Positions 48,190-58,487 of a stretch of 64,000 nucleotides of DNA are shown here, in pieces (the first letter of the stretch is position 1; each line of letters opens with the position of its first letter). The DNA is from Candidatus Latescibacterota bacterium (GTDB taxonomy: Bacteria; Latescibacterota; UBA2968). The notes under the pieces were generated by a model. It saw nothing but the letters and a program-made list of their open reading frames with translations, was not told the DNA's origin and searched no databases. The translations under genes were made by a program, and so were the position numbers. The stretch spans positions 1,248,001-1,312,000 of the forward strand of contig OZ242195.1 of assembly GCA_965205975.1 (NCBI GenBank), read 5' to 3'.

Positions 48190-49071
48190 TGATTTCTGTT
48201 TTTCTTCGAGCAGTGGGATGAGTTCTCTGAGGTATTTGCGAAAATCTTTGGCAATGGCCGGATGGTTGAGGGAAAAGGCCACCGATGTTTTGAGATATGA
48301 GAGGAGATCGCCTACCGTATGCCACTCTCCTTCAATAGCGCATGCGTAAACCGCTCGGGATTGGCTCATCAATTCGATGGCATCGGTGAGTTGATATTCT
48401 CCATTTTCAGCAGGTTCGATCCGTTCGAGGAAGTCAAAAATTTCGGGCCCAAATATGTAGCGCCCAAGGGTTGCGAGATTTGATGGTGCTTTTGCAGGAT
48501 CGGGTTTTTCAACGAGCCCCTCAACGAGATAGACATCGTTTATGCGTTTGGCTTTAATAGCGCCATAGCTGCTGATGCGTTCTTGCGGTACTTCTTTGAC
48601 CGCGAGGATCGAGCTGTTATACTTTTGGTAGTGATCGATCAATTGCCCAATGCAAGGGCGTTCTGAAACGACGAGGTCGTCGCCGTAAAGAACGGCAAAG
48701 GGTTCGTCGCCAATATGTTTGCGGGCTTTGAGAACGGCGTGTCCTGTACCTAACTGATCTTTTTGCCGCACGTAATGGATGTCGGCCAGTTGTTCGATTC
48801 TATCGAGGGTTTCGAGCATTTTTCGATCTGCGCGTTCATGCAATGCATTAGCGATTTCGATGTTGCGATCAAAGTGGTCTTCAATTGCGCGTTTCCCTCG
48901 GCCCGTGATGATTAAGATATCTTCGATACCCGAATTGACGAGTTCCTCAATGATGTACTGAATTGCTGGTTTGTCAACAATGGGCATCATTTCTTTGGGC
49001 AGGGCCTTAGTGGCGGGCAGCATACGACTGCCGTGCCCCGCTGCGGGAATTACTGCTTTCCGAATTTTCAA
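48184..49071 (-). CDS. galU: UTP-glucose-1-phosphate uridylyltransferase
   Basis: KAVIPAAGHGSRMLPATKALPKEM, VDKPAIQY, AIEDHFD, VRQK..LGTGHA, VEKP, GEYQLTDA; TTG start after GGAGG. Confidence 0.95.
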   Translation of the reverse strand: MKIRKAVIPAAGHGSRMLPATKALPKEMMPIVDKPAIQYIIEELVNSGIEDILIITGRGKRAIEDHFDRNIEIANALHERADRKMLETLDRIEQLADIHYVRQKDQLGTGHAVLKARKHIGDEPFAVLYGDDLVVSERPCIGQLIDHYQKYNSSILAVKEVPQERISSYGAIKAKRINDVYLVEGLVEKPDPAKAPSNLATLGRYIFGPEIFDFLERIEPAENGEYQLTDAIELMSQSRAVYACAIEGEWHTVGDLLSYLKTSVAFSLNHPAIAKDFRKYLRELIPLLEEKQKSL

Positions 49072-49179
49072 CAGGACCTCCAGAATGCTGAGATTTATCA
49101 AACTACCCGGATGACAAATTTCCGATTGTAAAAAAAAAATGTCAAGGATATTTTCTTACTATATGTTGTTTCTCATTAC

Positions 49180-49208
49180 TTGACTTTATTTTTTTAAAGA
49201 GTTATTAT
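49180..49208 (+). promoter_or_regulatory. sigma70-type promoter for mreBC
   Basis: TTGACT-17 bp-TATTAT. Confidence 0.55.
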
Positions 49209-49395
49209 TCAGCATCCTTTCTCCTCCTTTTATCGATTCTGTCAATTTTCCCCTATTCTAAACTCATCTTCTCGCTGCCATTCAACGATTTTTTGACAAG
49301 CAGTTAAGAGAATATCGAGAAATACAAACCAATTTTTTACCAATTTTGCCGGATTATTATTCATTGTATTGATTCCGGTGGGAGATAATATAGTT

Positions 49396-50415
49396 ATGGC
49401 TTTTTGGTTTTCGAACTTGTTTTCTAATGATATTGGTATTGATCTGGGAACTGCCAATACTTTGATTTATGTCAAGGGTCAGGGCATTGTGATTAATGAG
49501 CCTTCAATTGTTGCTCTCGAGCGTCATACACGCAAACCACTGGCCATTGGTGCTCAGGCCAAAGAAATGCTTGGGCGTGAAAAACCAGATATAGAGGTGG
49601 TGCGCCCGCTCCGCGATGGCGTTATCGCCGATTTTGATGTAACTGAGGAAATGTTGCGCTTTTTTATTTCAAAAGTACAAACAAATAAACTGCTGGTCAG
49701 GCCGCGCGTTGTAATTTGTGTGCCTTCTGGTGTTACACCTGTTGAGATGCGCGCTGTAAGCGAGGCAGCAGATCGCGCAGGTGCCCGCGAAGTTTATTTG
49801 ATAAAAGAGCCCATGGCGGCTGCGATTGGCGTTGGGTTGCCTATAAAAGATGCAGTGGGATCTATGGTCGTTGATATTGGCGGTGGAACAACGGAGATCG
49901 CCGTGATTGCACTGTCTGGCATTGTGACGTCGAGATCGATTAAAACAGCGGGCGATGAATTGACAGAAGTCATTGTGCAATTTCTCAAACGCAAACACAA
50001 TCTGCTGGTGGGAAGCCGCAGTGCAGAGCAAATCAAGTGCGCTATTGGTACTGCTGTGGGACTTGAGGAAGAACTGCAACATATGTGCCGTGGTCTGGAG
50101 ATGGTGCAAGCGATTCCCAGAGTTATTAATGTTCATTCAAAAGAAATCAGGGAGGCATTGGCCGGTTCGGTAAATGCGATTGTTAACGCTGTGCGCCGAA
50201 CACTCGAGCAGACCCCCCCCGAATTAGCCGCCGATATTCTCGACAATGGCATCATTTTAACAGGGGGTGGGGCATTGTTGCGCGGGCTGGATCGGCGATT
50301 GGTCAATGAGACGGGTTTGCCCGTTATGGTAGCCGATGATCCGTTGACCTGTGTGGTGCGAGGCACAGGTAAAGTCCTCGCAGATATCCATAGCTACAGG
50401 AACGTTTTGGAATAG
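49396..50415 (+). CDS. mreB: Rod shape-determining protein MreB
   Basis: DIGIDLGTANT, RPLRDGVIADF, EPMAAAIG, DIGGGTTE, LTGGGALL. Confidence 0.97.
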   Translation: MAFWFSNLFSNDIGIDLGTANTLIYVKGQGIVINEPSIVALERHTRKPLAIGAQAKEMLGREKPDIEVVRPLRDGVIADFDVTEEMLRFFISKVQTNKLLVRPRVVICVPSGVTPVEMRAVSEAADRAGAREVYLIKEPMAAAIGVGLPIKDAVGSMVVDIGGGTTEIAVIALSGIVTSRSIKTAGDELTEVIVQFLKRKHNLLVGSRSAEQIKCAIGTAVGLEEELQHMCRGLEMVQAIPRVINVHSKEIREALAGSVNAIVNAVRRTLEQTPPELAADILDNGIILTGGGALLRGLDRRLVNETGLPVMVADDPLTCVVRGTGKVLADIHSYRNVLE

Positions 50416-50417
50416 CG

Positions 50418-51227
50418 ATGCAACGCATTCGTGTTTTTTTACGTGTTCACCGCAAGGGAGTTGTGCTAAGCATTGCGATTTTTACGTCGTTGATATTGAT
50501 GTTGTTCGACTCCTCAATACAGGCGCGATTTCCACACAGTGTTGCTCTTGAGTTGATGTCTATTGGGCATCGTATCCTCGCCTGGCCGATAGGGCTTTCA
50601 TCACTACAATACGAAAATGAGGCTCTGCGCGATCAGAATTTGCGTCTTTCTCTCGAATTGCTCAAACTCAGAGAGGCTCAACTTGAAAATGCACGCCTCC
50701 ATGCCTTGTTGCATTTCAAGTCGCAGCAGGCGGCTGAAAAATCTTATATTGTCGCGCGGGTGATTGCACGCAATCCCGCGAGAACTGCAAATACGATATT
50801 GATTGATGCCGGTACAGATGAAGGGATACAGGCCCGCATGCCTGTTGTGACTGCGGATGGGTTAGTGGGGCGTATCCTGGAAGTGCACGGTTATACTGCT
50901 ATTGTGCAGTTGCTCATAGATCACAACTGTCGGGTCAGTGCCGTGGTGCAGCGACACAGTCGCGTAAGTGGTATTGTGTCTTTTGAGGATGGCACATTCT
51001 ATTTGAAAAATGTGTCTCTTCGGGGGGATATTAAAGTCGGTGATCTGATCGTATCGTCCGGTTTGGGCGAACTGTTTCCAAAAGGGCTTTATGTGGGGCA
51101 GGTCGTCAAAGTAGGGGACGATGAAGCACAGGGTTTATTTAGAGAAATCATTTTGGCACCGGGCGTAAATTTCCATAATTTGGAAGAAGTCTTTGTGCTA
51201 AAGACCTCTTCGCAGATTAATAATTAA
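50418..51227 (+). CDS. mreC: Rod shape-determining protein MreC
   Basis: TM plus coiled coil (ENARL), ARVIAR, GLVGRI, SSGLGELFPKGLYVG, LEEV. Confidence 0.93.
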   Translation: MQRIRVFLRVHRKGVVLSIAIFTSLILMLFDSSIQARFPHSVALELMSIGHRILAWPIGLSSLQYENEALRDQNLRLSLELLKLREAQLENARLHALLHFKSQQAAEKSYIVARVIARNPARTANTILIDAGTDEGIQARMPVVTADGLVGRILEVHGYTAIVQLLIDHNCRVSAVVQRHSRVSGIVSFEDGTFYLKNVSLRGDIKVGDLIVSSGLGELFPKGLYVGQVVKVGDDEAQGLFREIILAPGVNFHNLEEVFVLKTSSQINN

Positions 51228-51230
51228 AGG

Positions 51231-52703
51231 TCATAATTGAATTGATTTTTTGAGTTCCCTGAGGGCAGTGCCTTCAGGGGATTTTTTGTAGTAGGTATCC
51301 AGCGGGAAGCAGCCCGATATCATACCATTTCGGGGAGCTGTGGTGCAGTCGCTGAAGGTTCGACAGAGTTTGCGTTTGGACGCTTCTCCTTTTTGGAGTA
51401 CATCTACGGGCAAGTCGGGATAGGATAGTACCATGCGCCCCAGACCGATAAAATCTACCTTGCCATCGCGCACGAGCGTTTGAGCAACATGGGGCAAAAA
51501 TTCCTGAAGATAGGAATAAGCCGTGCCGACGATGCGCAAATCGGAAAATTCTTTTTTGATTTGCGCCGTAATGTCAACTTGACGAGCAACGCCCACGAGT
51601 GGATCTTCGGGGGGTTGATAGCCATCAGATGGTGGGAAATAAGCGGGCCGCTGAATGTGGGGATTGTAGTAGGGACTACCTGCTGAGAGGTTGACAAGCA
51701 AAATGTCAAGTTCGCGCAGCAATTCGAGGAAGCGACAGGTTTCGGCGATATTTGCGGCTATAGGATCGTCTTCATCGATACCAAATCCGTATTTATAAGG
51801 CAGGTATTCGGAAAAATCTTCGGGAATGCCCGGTCCGAGTTTTTTGCCCTCGGATAGTTCGGGGTCGGGATAAAAAGGCACAAAGTCGAATGCGCTGAGG
51901 CGCACACCGATTTTGAGATCGGGACAATCGGCGCGAATGCCCGCGACGATTTCGCGAAGAAATCGGGTTCGGTTTTCAAATGAGCCGCCATAAGGTCCCG
52001 GTCGGGTAAAGGCACTCAAAAATTCGTGGCCGAGATAACCGTGGCAGTGTTTGACATCAACAAATTGATACCCGAGATCACACGCCATGCGTGCGGCGCT
52101 GTGATAGTCGTCAATCAGGCTTTTGATTTCGCCGTCGGACAGCACTGGGGCGTCTGAGTCAATGCCAAATTTACGGTCGAGGATCGGATGGCGATACACA
52201 ATGCGGGGTTCGAGTTTGATTTTGTCATTGGGTCTGCAAAAACGGCCTGAGTGGGTCAATTGAAGACCAATGAGAAGGTCATCGGTGTCGCCGATATGTG
52301 TGCGGTGTGCCGATATGAGTTCTTCGCGAAGTTTGCCCAGGCCTGCTTTGGTATGTTCGGCTGCAAAGAGTTGATTGGGATTTGCGCGTCCTTCAGGGCG
52401 CACGGCAACCGCTTCGCCGCCCCATATCAATTTTGCACCGCTCAGCCCAAAATTGTGCCATCGTCGAAGGGTATATTCCGAGGGATTGCCATCAATTTCG
52501 CCATCCCAGCCTTCCATGGGATGGATGCAGAAGCGATTGCCAATGCGAAAGCCCTGACACTCGCTTGTTTGGGCAAGTGGTGATGCCGGTGCCTTGAGAA
52601 TTTCGTCATCGCAGGGGAGGTCAATCCCCAGGCTATTGACATGTGCTTTGAATGATTCGACAGTTTTGTGATGTCCGATGCGCTGGTATTTTGCCAGAGG
52701 CAT
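51231..52703 (-). CDS. NADH:flavin oxidoreductase (old yellow enzyme family)
   Basis: [48 protein letters not shown]. Confidence 0.9.
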   Translation of the reverse strand: MPLAKYQRIGHHKTVESFKAHVNSLGIDLPCDDEILKAPASPLAQTSECQGFRIGNRFCIHPMEGWDGEIDGNPSEYTLRRWHNFGLSGAKLIWGGEAVAVRPEGRANPNQLFAAEHTKAGLGKLREELISAHRTHIGDTDDLLIGLQLTHSGRFCRPNDKIKLEPRIVYRHPILDRKFGIDSDAPVLSDGEIKSLIDDYHSAARMACDLGYQFVDVKHCHGYLGHEFLSAFTRPGPYGGSFENRTRFLREIVAGIRADCPDLKIGVRLSAFDFVPFYPDPELSEGKKLGPGIPEDFSEYLPYKYGFGIDEDDPIAANIAETCRFLELLRELDILLVNLSAGSPYYNPHIQRPAYFPPSDGYQPPEDPLVGVARQVDITAQIKKEFSDLRIVGTAYSYLQEFLPHVAQTLVRDGKVDFIGLGRMVLSYPDLPVDVLQKGEASKRKLCRTFSDCTTAPRNGMISGCFPLDTYYKKSPEGTALRELKKSIQL

Positions 52704-52802
52704 TGGTGCTCCTTGGGCGAAATGGTTTGCATTAGATGGCGTAGAAAGTTATGAATATACCAAAGGATGTTTTGGGAAGCAATGTTTCTGAAAGGAGTCA
52801 TT

Positions 52803-53771
52803 ATGGCGGTGGAAGATTATGTGCAGATTGTGGTGCCCGGCGATGAGCCAGTACAGATTGCGGGATCACCCCATCTTGAACGATTGGCAAGTTACGGCGA
52901 TGTGACGCTTTACGATACGCAACCCGTGTCATTAAAAGAAAAGGTCGAACGGGTAAGGGACGCCGATGTGATTATGAACACACGCGGTGCTGTGACGTGG
53001 GGCGAGCAAGAGTTTAGCCAATTGCCAAAGTTGAAAATGATTACGACGTGTTCTATTGGCACAGATATGTTCGATCTGGCGGCTGCAAAAAAACGCGGAA
53101 TTGTGATATGCAACCAGCCGGGCAGAACAGCGCCGGTTGTGGCAGAGCACATGTTTGGGCTTATGTTTGCGGTTGCAAAACGCGCTGCATATTTGACCGC
53201 AGAGATGAAAAAGGGAGGCTGGCCCAGGCGGGACAATGTGATGCTCCAGGGCAAGACCCTGGGGATTATAGGTGCGGGCAATATCGGTGCGGAGATGGCG
53301 CGACTTGCCCGAGCGATCGGGATGGAGGTGATTGCGTGGACATTTCATCCGTCATCTGAACGCGCGGAAAAACTCGGCGTGCGATTTGTCGAGTTAGACG
53401 CGCTACTCGAGAATTCTGACGTAGTTAGTTTGCACGTGGCGTTGACAGATGATACCAGGGGAATGATCGGCGAGGCCGAGTTTGAAAAGATGAAACCGGG
53501 TGCGCTATTGCTGAATGGAGCGCGCGGCGCAGTGGTTGATACAGACGCGCTTGTCAATGCGCTAAATAGCGGGCATATAAGCGGAGCGGGTATCGATGTG
53601 TACGAGGAAGAACCGACACCGCCCGATTATCCCCTTTTTGCGTGTGAACAGGTGGTGCTTACGCCGCATTGTGCCGATATGACGCCCGAAGGTGTCGATC
53701 TGCTCAATAGCGGCGCAGTGGAGAATGTGATCGCATTTTTAGAGGGGCGGACGCAAAATGCGGTGACGTAG
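52803..53771 (+). CDS. D-2-hydroxyacid/phosphoglycerate dehydrogenase family
   Basis: GKTLGIIGAGNIG, DVVSLH, MKPGALLLNGARG, GIDVYEEEP, LTPH. Confidence 0.92.
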   Translation: MAVEDYVQIVVPGDEPVQIAGSPHLERLASYGDVTLYDTQPVSLKEKVERVRDADVIMNTRGAVTWGEQEFSQLPKLKMITTCSIGTDMFDLAAAKKRGIVICNQPGRTAPVVAEHMFGLMFAVAKRAAYLTAEMKKGGWPRRDNVMLQGKTLGIIGAGNIGAEMARLARAIGMEVIAWTFHPSSERAEKLGVRFVELDALLENSDVVSLHVALTDDTRGMIGEAEFEKMKPGALLLNGARGAVVDTDALVNALNSGHISGAGIDVYEEEPTPPDYPLFACEQVVLTPHCADMTPEGVDLLNSGAVENVIAFLEGRTQNAVT

Positions 53772-53773
53772 TT

Positions 53774-54859
53774 TTACTTAGTTTCGATATACCCCTCTCG
53801 GGTCAAGAGTTCGGCCATCAGGACAGCACCCCCTGCTGCACCGCGTACAGTATTGTGACTGAGGGCGATGAATTTGTAATCGAAGAGATTGTCTTTGCGC
53901 AAACGGCCGAGTGTAATGCCCATGCCATTTTCAGCATCGCGGTCTAAGCGCGTCTGTGGGCGGTCATCGCCTTCGATGTACGCGAGAAATGTTTTGGGTG
54001 AGGAGGGCAGCCCCGCGGCTCTGAGGTCGCCTTCAAAGTCTTGCCAGCGCGCGAGGATGTTTTCTATCGTGGGTTTTTTATCAAAGGATACTGATACGGC
54101 AGCCATGTGGCCATCTGTGACGGGAACTCGAACGCATTGGGCTGAAATGATCGGGCTGCGCCTGGGCACAATTTCATCTTTGACGATTTTGCCCCAGATT
54201 TTGTGGGGTTCGTTTTCGCTTTTATCTTCTTCTCCGCCGATATAGGGGATGACGTTATCTGTCATTTCTGGCCATGTTTCAAAGGTTTCACCTGCACCGG
54301 AAATGGCCTGATAAGTGCATATAGAGGCACTCGAAGGCCCAAACTCTGACAATGCGTGAAAAGCCGGTACATAAGGCTGGATGGAGCAATTGGGTTTTAC
54401 GGCAATAAAACCGTGTTGGACACCCAGGCGTTTGCGCTGCTCCGGAATAATTTCTGCGTGCTCTGGATTGATTTCTGGCATAAGAATAGGCACATCGGGG
54501 GTCCAGCGGTGCGCCGAATTATTGGAAATGACCGGAGTTTCAGCTTTTGCATAGGCTTCTTCGAGTTTGAAAATCTCCTCTTTTTCCATGTCGAGCGCAC
54601 AACAGACGAAATCGACTTGTGATGCGATGGTATCAATCTCACCCGCGTCCTGCACGATGAGGTCGGATACTGTTTCGGGAATGGGTAGATCGCATTGCGT
54701 CCATCGGCCTTTTACGGCTTCTCCATAGGTTTTGCCAGCAGAGCGCGGGCTGGCGGCAACGGCGGCGATTTCAAAATAGGGATGATCGGTGAGCAATGTG
54801 ACAAAACGCTGTCCGACCATGCCAGTTGCGCCGAGAACTCCTACTTTGAGTCTGGACAT
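53774..54859 (-). CDS. asd: Aspartate-semialdehyde dehydrogenase
   Basis: GATGMVGQRF, SNNSAHR, PEINPEH, KPNCS, YQAISGAG, RVPVTDGH, SHNTVRGAAGGA. Confidence 0.96.
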   Translation of the reverse strand: MSRLKVGVLGATGMVGQRFVTLLTDHPYFEIAAVAASPRSAGKTYGEAVKGRWTQCDLPIPETVSDLIVQDAGEIDTIASQVDFVCCALDMEKEEIFKLEEAYAKAETPVISNNSAHRWTPDVPILMPEINPEHAEIIPEQRKRLGVQHGFIAVKPNCSIQPYVPAFHALSEFGPSSASICTYQAISGAGETFETWPEMTDNVIPYIGGEEDKSENEPHKIWGKIVKDEIVPRRSPIISAQCVRVPVTDGHMAAVSVSFDKKPTIENILARWQDFEGDLRAAGLPSSPKTFLAYIEGDDRPQTRLDRDAENGMGITLGRLRKDNLFDYKFIALSHNTVRGAAGGAVLMAELLTREGYIETK

Positions 54860-54888
54860 CGATTTTTCCTTTCTGCGGATCTAAAAAT

Positions 54889-54928
54889 AAAAAAACAGTC
54901 GGTTGCCAGAGTAGAAGCACGCCGACTG
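54889..54928 (-). terminator. Attenuator terminator of the asd leader
   Basis: Minus strand CAGTCGGCGTGC-TTCTACTCTG-GCAACCGACTG-TTTTTTT. Confidence 0.85.
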
Positions 54929-54948
54929 CATATAGCAGAGACTGCTCA

Positions 54949-55123
54949 CAAGAGAGTGCTCCACGGGATCGTTTCCCGTGACAGTTCAGCAGATGTTATC
55001 TGCTGCCCCAGCTAAATGCCCTGCGGAGAGACATTTGGCTTCGGCACCCCGACCCTTTCATCTGGCCTATAGATCCGCTTTCGTGTGCCAGATTACTGAT
55101 GACGGGACGCGCCTCTACTCTTG
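54949..55123 (-). ncRNA. Lysine riboswitch
   Basis: Minus strand shows the L-box motifs AGAGGCGC...AGTA...GAAAGG...GCCGAA...CTGTC...GGAGCACT with complementary P1 and P3-P5 arms; upstream of asd. Confidence 0.93.
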
Positions 55124-55187
55124 GTGAGGAGAAATCTCACATATTCTATATTTTTTGTCAACTCGAAAATGGAATATGTCGCTGATA

Positions 55188-55216
55188 TTGACACACAGGG
55201 AATCGCCGATTATCAT
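55188..55216 (+). promoter_or_regulatory. sigma70-type promoter for the sulfatase-like gene
   Basis: TTGACA-17 bp-TATCAT. Confidence 0.6.
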
Positions 55217-55263
55217 AATATGGTACAGTTAGACCAGTCCATGCATCACACAAGGAGAATTTT

Positions 55264-56670
55264 ATGAATATGGTGGTGATTTGTTGCGATACGTTTCGCG
55301 CAGATATTGTTGGAGCAGGGAAAAAATTGAGCCATGTAAAAACCCCTCATTTGGATCAATTGGCTTCTGATGGCTTGACTTTTAATCGCTGTTTTGCAGA
55401 GGGCTTGCCAACAATTCCTTTTCGGCGGTGTGTGTTTACGGGTATCCCGTCTTTTCCCTGGCGGTTCGATACGCCAAATGAAGGATTGCAGCCAGCAGGC
55501 TCTGGCTGGCATCCTATTCCGCCAGATCAGGATACGCTTGCGGAACGCCTGCACGATGCGGGTTTTGTTACGGGCCTGGTCGCGGATACCTATCACATGT
55601 TTAAGCCGACGCAGAATTTCACGCGGGGTTTTTTGTCGTGGCGCTTTGTTCGCGGGCAGGAACAAGATGGATATCGCACGGGACCGCTGTCGCGCATCGA
55701 TCTGGCAGCGCATGTACGGGATGGGGATGCAGATCCCAGAAAACATGCGGTGATGGTCCAGTATTTGCTCAATATGCTGGATCGGCAGGAGGGCGAAGAG
55801 AATTATCTCGCTGCTCAAGTGTTCCGAGAAGCATCGCAGTGGGTGGAGGACAATAGGGGCAACAAACCATTTTTCCTGTGGATTGACAGCTTTAGCCCAC
55901 ATGAGTTATGGGATCCGCCCAGGCAGTATGCCGATGCTTATTTTTCAGATCCCTCGGTGAAGGATTATATCCATCATAGCGTCTTGCCCCTTGGCGATGC
56001 GACAGATGCGGAAATCGAGCGAACAAAGGCATTGTATATGGGCTATGTCACATTTGTGGATCGCTGGATTGGGCATTTGCTGGAAACGATTGACCGACTG
56101 AACCTGAGGGATGATACGGTGGTGATGTTTGTATCCGATCACGGTACGCAATTGATGGATAGGGGACGGTTTGGCAAGGGCGGTAACGCGCTATTTCCCT
56201 TTAATACGCAGATCAATTGGATCGTTCGCCATCCGGATGGGCCGCGCGGGCAGCAGTCGGATATCTGGACGCAGAATCAAGATATTACGCCGACGATTCT
56301 CAATATGCTGGGCGTTGAGTACGAAGAGATGAATGGAGCAGATGCATGGGCAAGTGCAACGGGTGGGGGTGAACCGGCTCGGGATTATATCACAACGGGA
56401 TGGGCAACGAACTTTAATGTGCGGGATGATCGCTACAGCGTACACATGGATGTGGGGACAAGGTCACCTGAGGCCACGGTTTACGATCTGAGTGTGGATG
56501 CCGATGAAAAAAATCCCCTGAGTGACCCGCCCTCCGAAGTTGTGGAACAGGCATTGGAACGGGCGCGTACTGTGATTGGCGATTTTCCCGATGTTTTTAG
56601 TGCGTATAAACAGAGACATCCGGCGAGGGCAATGCGGACGTTTATGAACAAGTATAATCTTGGAACATGA
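55264..56670 (+). CDS. Sulfatase-family hydrolase with Thr at the usual Cys/Ser (formylglycine) position
   Basis: CCDTFRAD, TPHLD, PTIPFRRCVFTG, FSPHE.WDPP, VDRWIG, SDHG. Confidence 0.85.
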   Translation: MNMVVICCDTFRADIVGAGKKLSHVKTPHLDQLASDGLTFNRCFAEGLPTIPFRRCVFTGIPSFPWRFDTPNEGLQPAGSGWHPIPPDQDTLAERLHDAGFVTGLVADTYHMFKPTQNFTRGFLSWRFVRGQEQDGYRTGPLSRIDLAAHVRDGDADPRKHAVMVQYLLNMLDRQEGEENYLAAQVFREASQWVEDNRGNKPFFLWIDSFSPHELWDPPRQYADAYFSDPSVKDYIHHSVLPLGDATDAEIERTKALYMGYVTFVDRWIGHLLETIDRLNLRDDTVVMFVSDHGTQLMDRGRFGKGGNALFPFNTQINWIVRHPDGPRGQQSDIWTQNQDITPTILNMLGVEYEEMNGADAWASATGGGEPARDYITTGWATNFNVRDDRYSVHMDVGTRSPEATVYDLSVDADEKNPLSDPPSEVVEQALERARTVIGDFPDVFSAYKQRHPARAMRTFMNKYNLGT

Positions 56671-56680
56671 GGGGCTGGTT

Positions 56681-57595
56681 TTGAACTACACAGTTGAACA
56701 ACATCCCGACCATCAACGTTTGTATCACATCACAATTGATGCCGATGCCGCAGGGGCATTTGTGCGCGAAGTGGCAGATCTTTCGGAACAGCGATTGACT
56801 TATGTGCCATATTTGAGAATGATCGCCGCCGATTGTCTTCAAAATATCGTCGGTGGCGATTTTTTCGAGCATATCAACGCAATGGTTAGAGACCGCGCAA
56901 CGGGGGGGTTTACCGTTGCGGCTGAAGGTGGGTTGGAGACGATGGATCAGCGCGTTGCTTTTGGGACGGCTGTTTCGCATGCGATCGGGATTCCCAACTT
57001 TGACGATATGACGGAGAATTATTACGCATGTTTTGAGGTAAAGGATACGGATAGTAGCGATTCGTATTTACGGCAGGCATATCGTCTGTTCACGCTCCAT
57101 ACCGATGGGACGTATGTCCGCGAACGCACCGACTGGATTTTGATGATGAAGATGGAGGAGCACGATGCGGTGGGGGGAGAGTCGCGGCTGTTGCATCTGG
57201 ATGATTGGGAGGCATTAGAGCGATTTGCCAGCCATCCGCTGGCCTCTTTGCCTCTGGTCTATCAGTCGCCGCCGAGTAAGAATTATCCCGTTACGATTGA
57301 AAAAACGACGTTCTACGAACGAGACGGCAAAGCGTGTGTGTGTTTTATCGATCAGTTTGTCTATCCCGAGACTATTGAGCAGGGTCGATATCTGCGCGAT
57401 CTGTCCGATTCTATGGAAGCATCGCAGGGGGTGGTCTCGCTGCCCTTGCCACCCGATCATCTCTTAGTGCTCAACAACCATTTCTGGCTGCACGGACGCG
57501 AGGCATTTGAGAAAAATCCCAATCTCTATCGTTTGTTGATGCGTCAGAGGGGATATTTCAGGAAGAAAAATGGAGGTGAAATGAATAATGCCTAA
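56681..57595 (+). CDS. glaH: Glutarate 2-hydroxylase (CsiD/GlaH), Fe(II)/2OG dioxygenase
   Basis: YVPYLR, DRATGGF, NFDDM..NYYA, DSSDSYLRQ, LHTDGTY, GGESRLLHLDDW, PPSKN, NNHFWLHGR, LMRQRG; start could be 56660. Confidence 0.85.
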   Translation: MNYTVEQHPDHQRLYHITIDADAAGAFVREVADLSEQRLTYVPYLRMIAADCLQNIVGGDFFEHINAMVRDRATGGFTVAAEGGLETMDQRVAFGTAVSHAIGIPNFDDMTENYYACFEVKDTDSSDSYLRQAYRLFTLHTDGTYVRERTDWILMMKMEEHDAVGGESRLLHLDDWEALERFASHPLASLPLVYQSPPSKNYPVTIEKTTFYERDGKACVCFIDQFVYPETIEQGRYLRDLSDSMEASQGVVSLPLPPDHLLVLNNHFWLHGREAFEKNPNLYRLLMRQRGYFRKKNGGEMNNA

Positions 57596-58487
57596 AATCA
57601 ATGATTTAGACTTAAAAAATTGGAAGGAATACGGCGATATTCTCACCGATAGCCTGTGGTCAATTGATGAGCGCGACAGATCGGGTGCTCACAACAATGC
57701 TTATCATGGCAATTTTATTCCACAAATTCCTAATCAGATGATGAGGCGGTTTACGCAAAAGGGCGATGTGGTCTTGGATGCCTTTTTGGGGCATGGCACG
57801 ACACTCATTGAATCGAAGCGATTAGGACGACATGGTATAGGCGTTGAGTTGGTACCAGAAGTGGCAGAAATTGCCATGCAAAACTTGAGCCAGGAAGAAT
57901 TACCATTTGGTAGAACTGAAGCACTAAACAGCGAAAATGTTTTGACGGAGGTTATTGTTGCTGATAGTACAACTCAATATGCGCGTACCAAAGTTTTGGA
58001 AGTACTAAAAAAAATAGGGAAGAAAAACATCGACTTGATTTTACTACATCCCCCATATCACGACATTATCCATTTTAGTGACAAAAAAGAGGATTTATGT
58101 AATGCATCAACGGTTGAAGAATTTTCCACAAAATTCGGCGATGTAATTGAAAATTTTTCCGATTTATTAGACCAGGATAGATACATGGCAGTTGTTATCG
58201 GCGACAAATACACAAATAGCGAGTGGGTACCGCTCGGTTTTTATCTCATGCAAGAAACACTGAAGCGCGGGAAGAGCTTACAGCTAAAAAGCATTGTGGT
58301 GAAAAATATGGTGAATAATCGGGCGAAACAAAATCAAGAAAATCTGTGGCGTTATCGCGCGCTCGTTGGAGGGTTCTACATTTTCAAACACGAGTATATT
58401 TTTGCTTTTAAAAAAGTATCAAGCAAGACAACGAAAGTCAGCACCCAGAATGCAATTGAGGTCTATACGGTCAAGTCCTATATTTAG
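57588..58487 (+). CDS. Orphan N4-C/N6-A DNA methyltransferase; its stop codon lies in the IS256 end
   Basis: YHGNFIPQIP, VLDAFLGHGTT, LHPPY, HEYIF.FKK. Confidence 0.85.
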   Translation: MPKINDLDLKNWKEYGDILTDSLWSIDERDRSGAHNNAYHGNFIPQIPNQMMRRFTQKGDVVLDAFLGHGTTLIESKRLGRHGIGVELVPEVAEIAMQNLSQEELPFGRTEALNSENVLTEVIVADSTTQYARTKVLEVLKKIGKKNIDLILLHPPYHDIIHFSDKKEDLCNASTVEEFSTKFGDVIENFSDLLDQDRYMAVVIGDKYTNSEWVPLGFYLMQETLKRGKSLQLKSIVVKNMVNNRAKQNQENLWRYRALVGGFYIFKHEYIFAFKKVSSKTTKVSTQNAIEVYTVKSYI

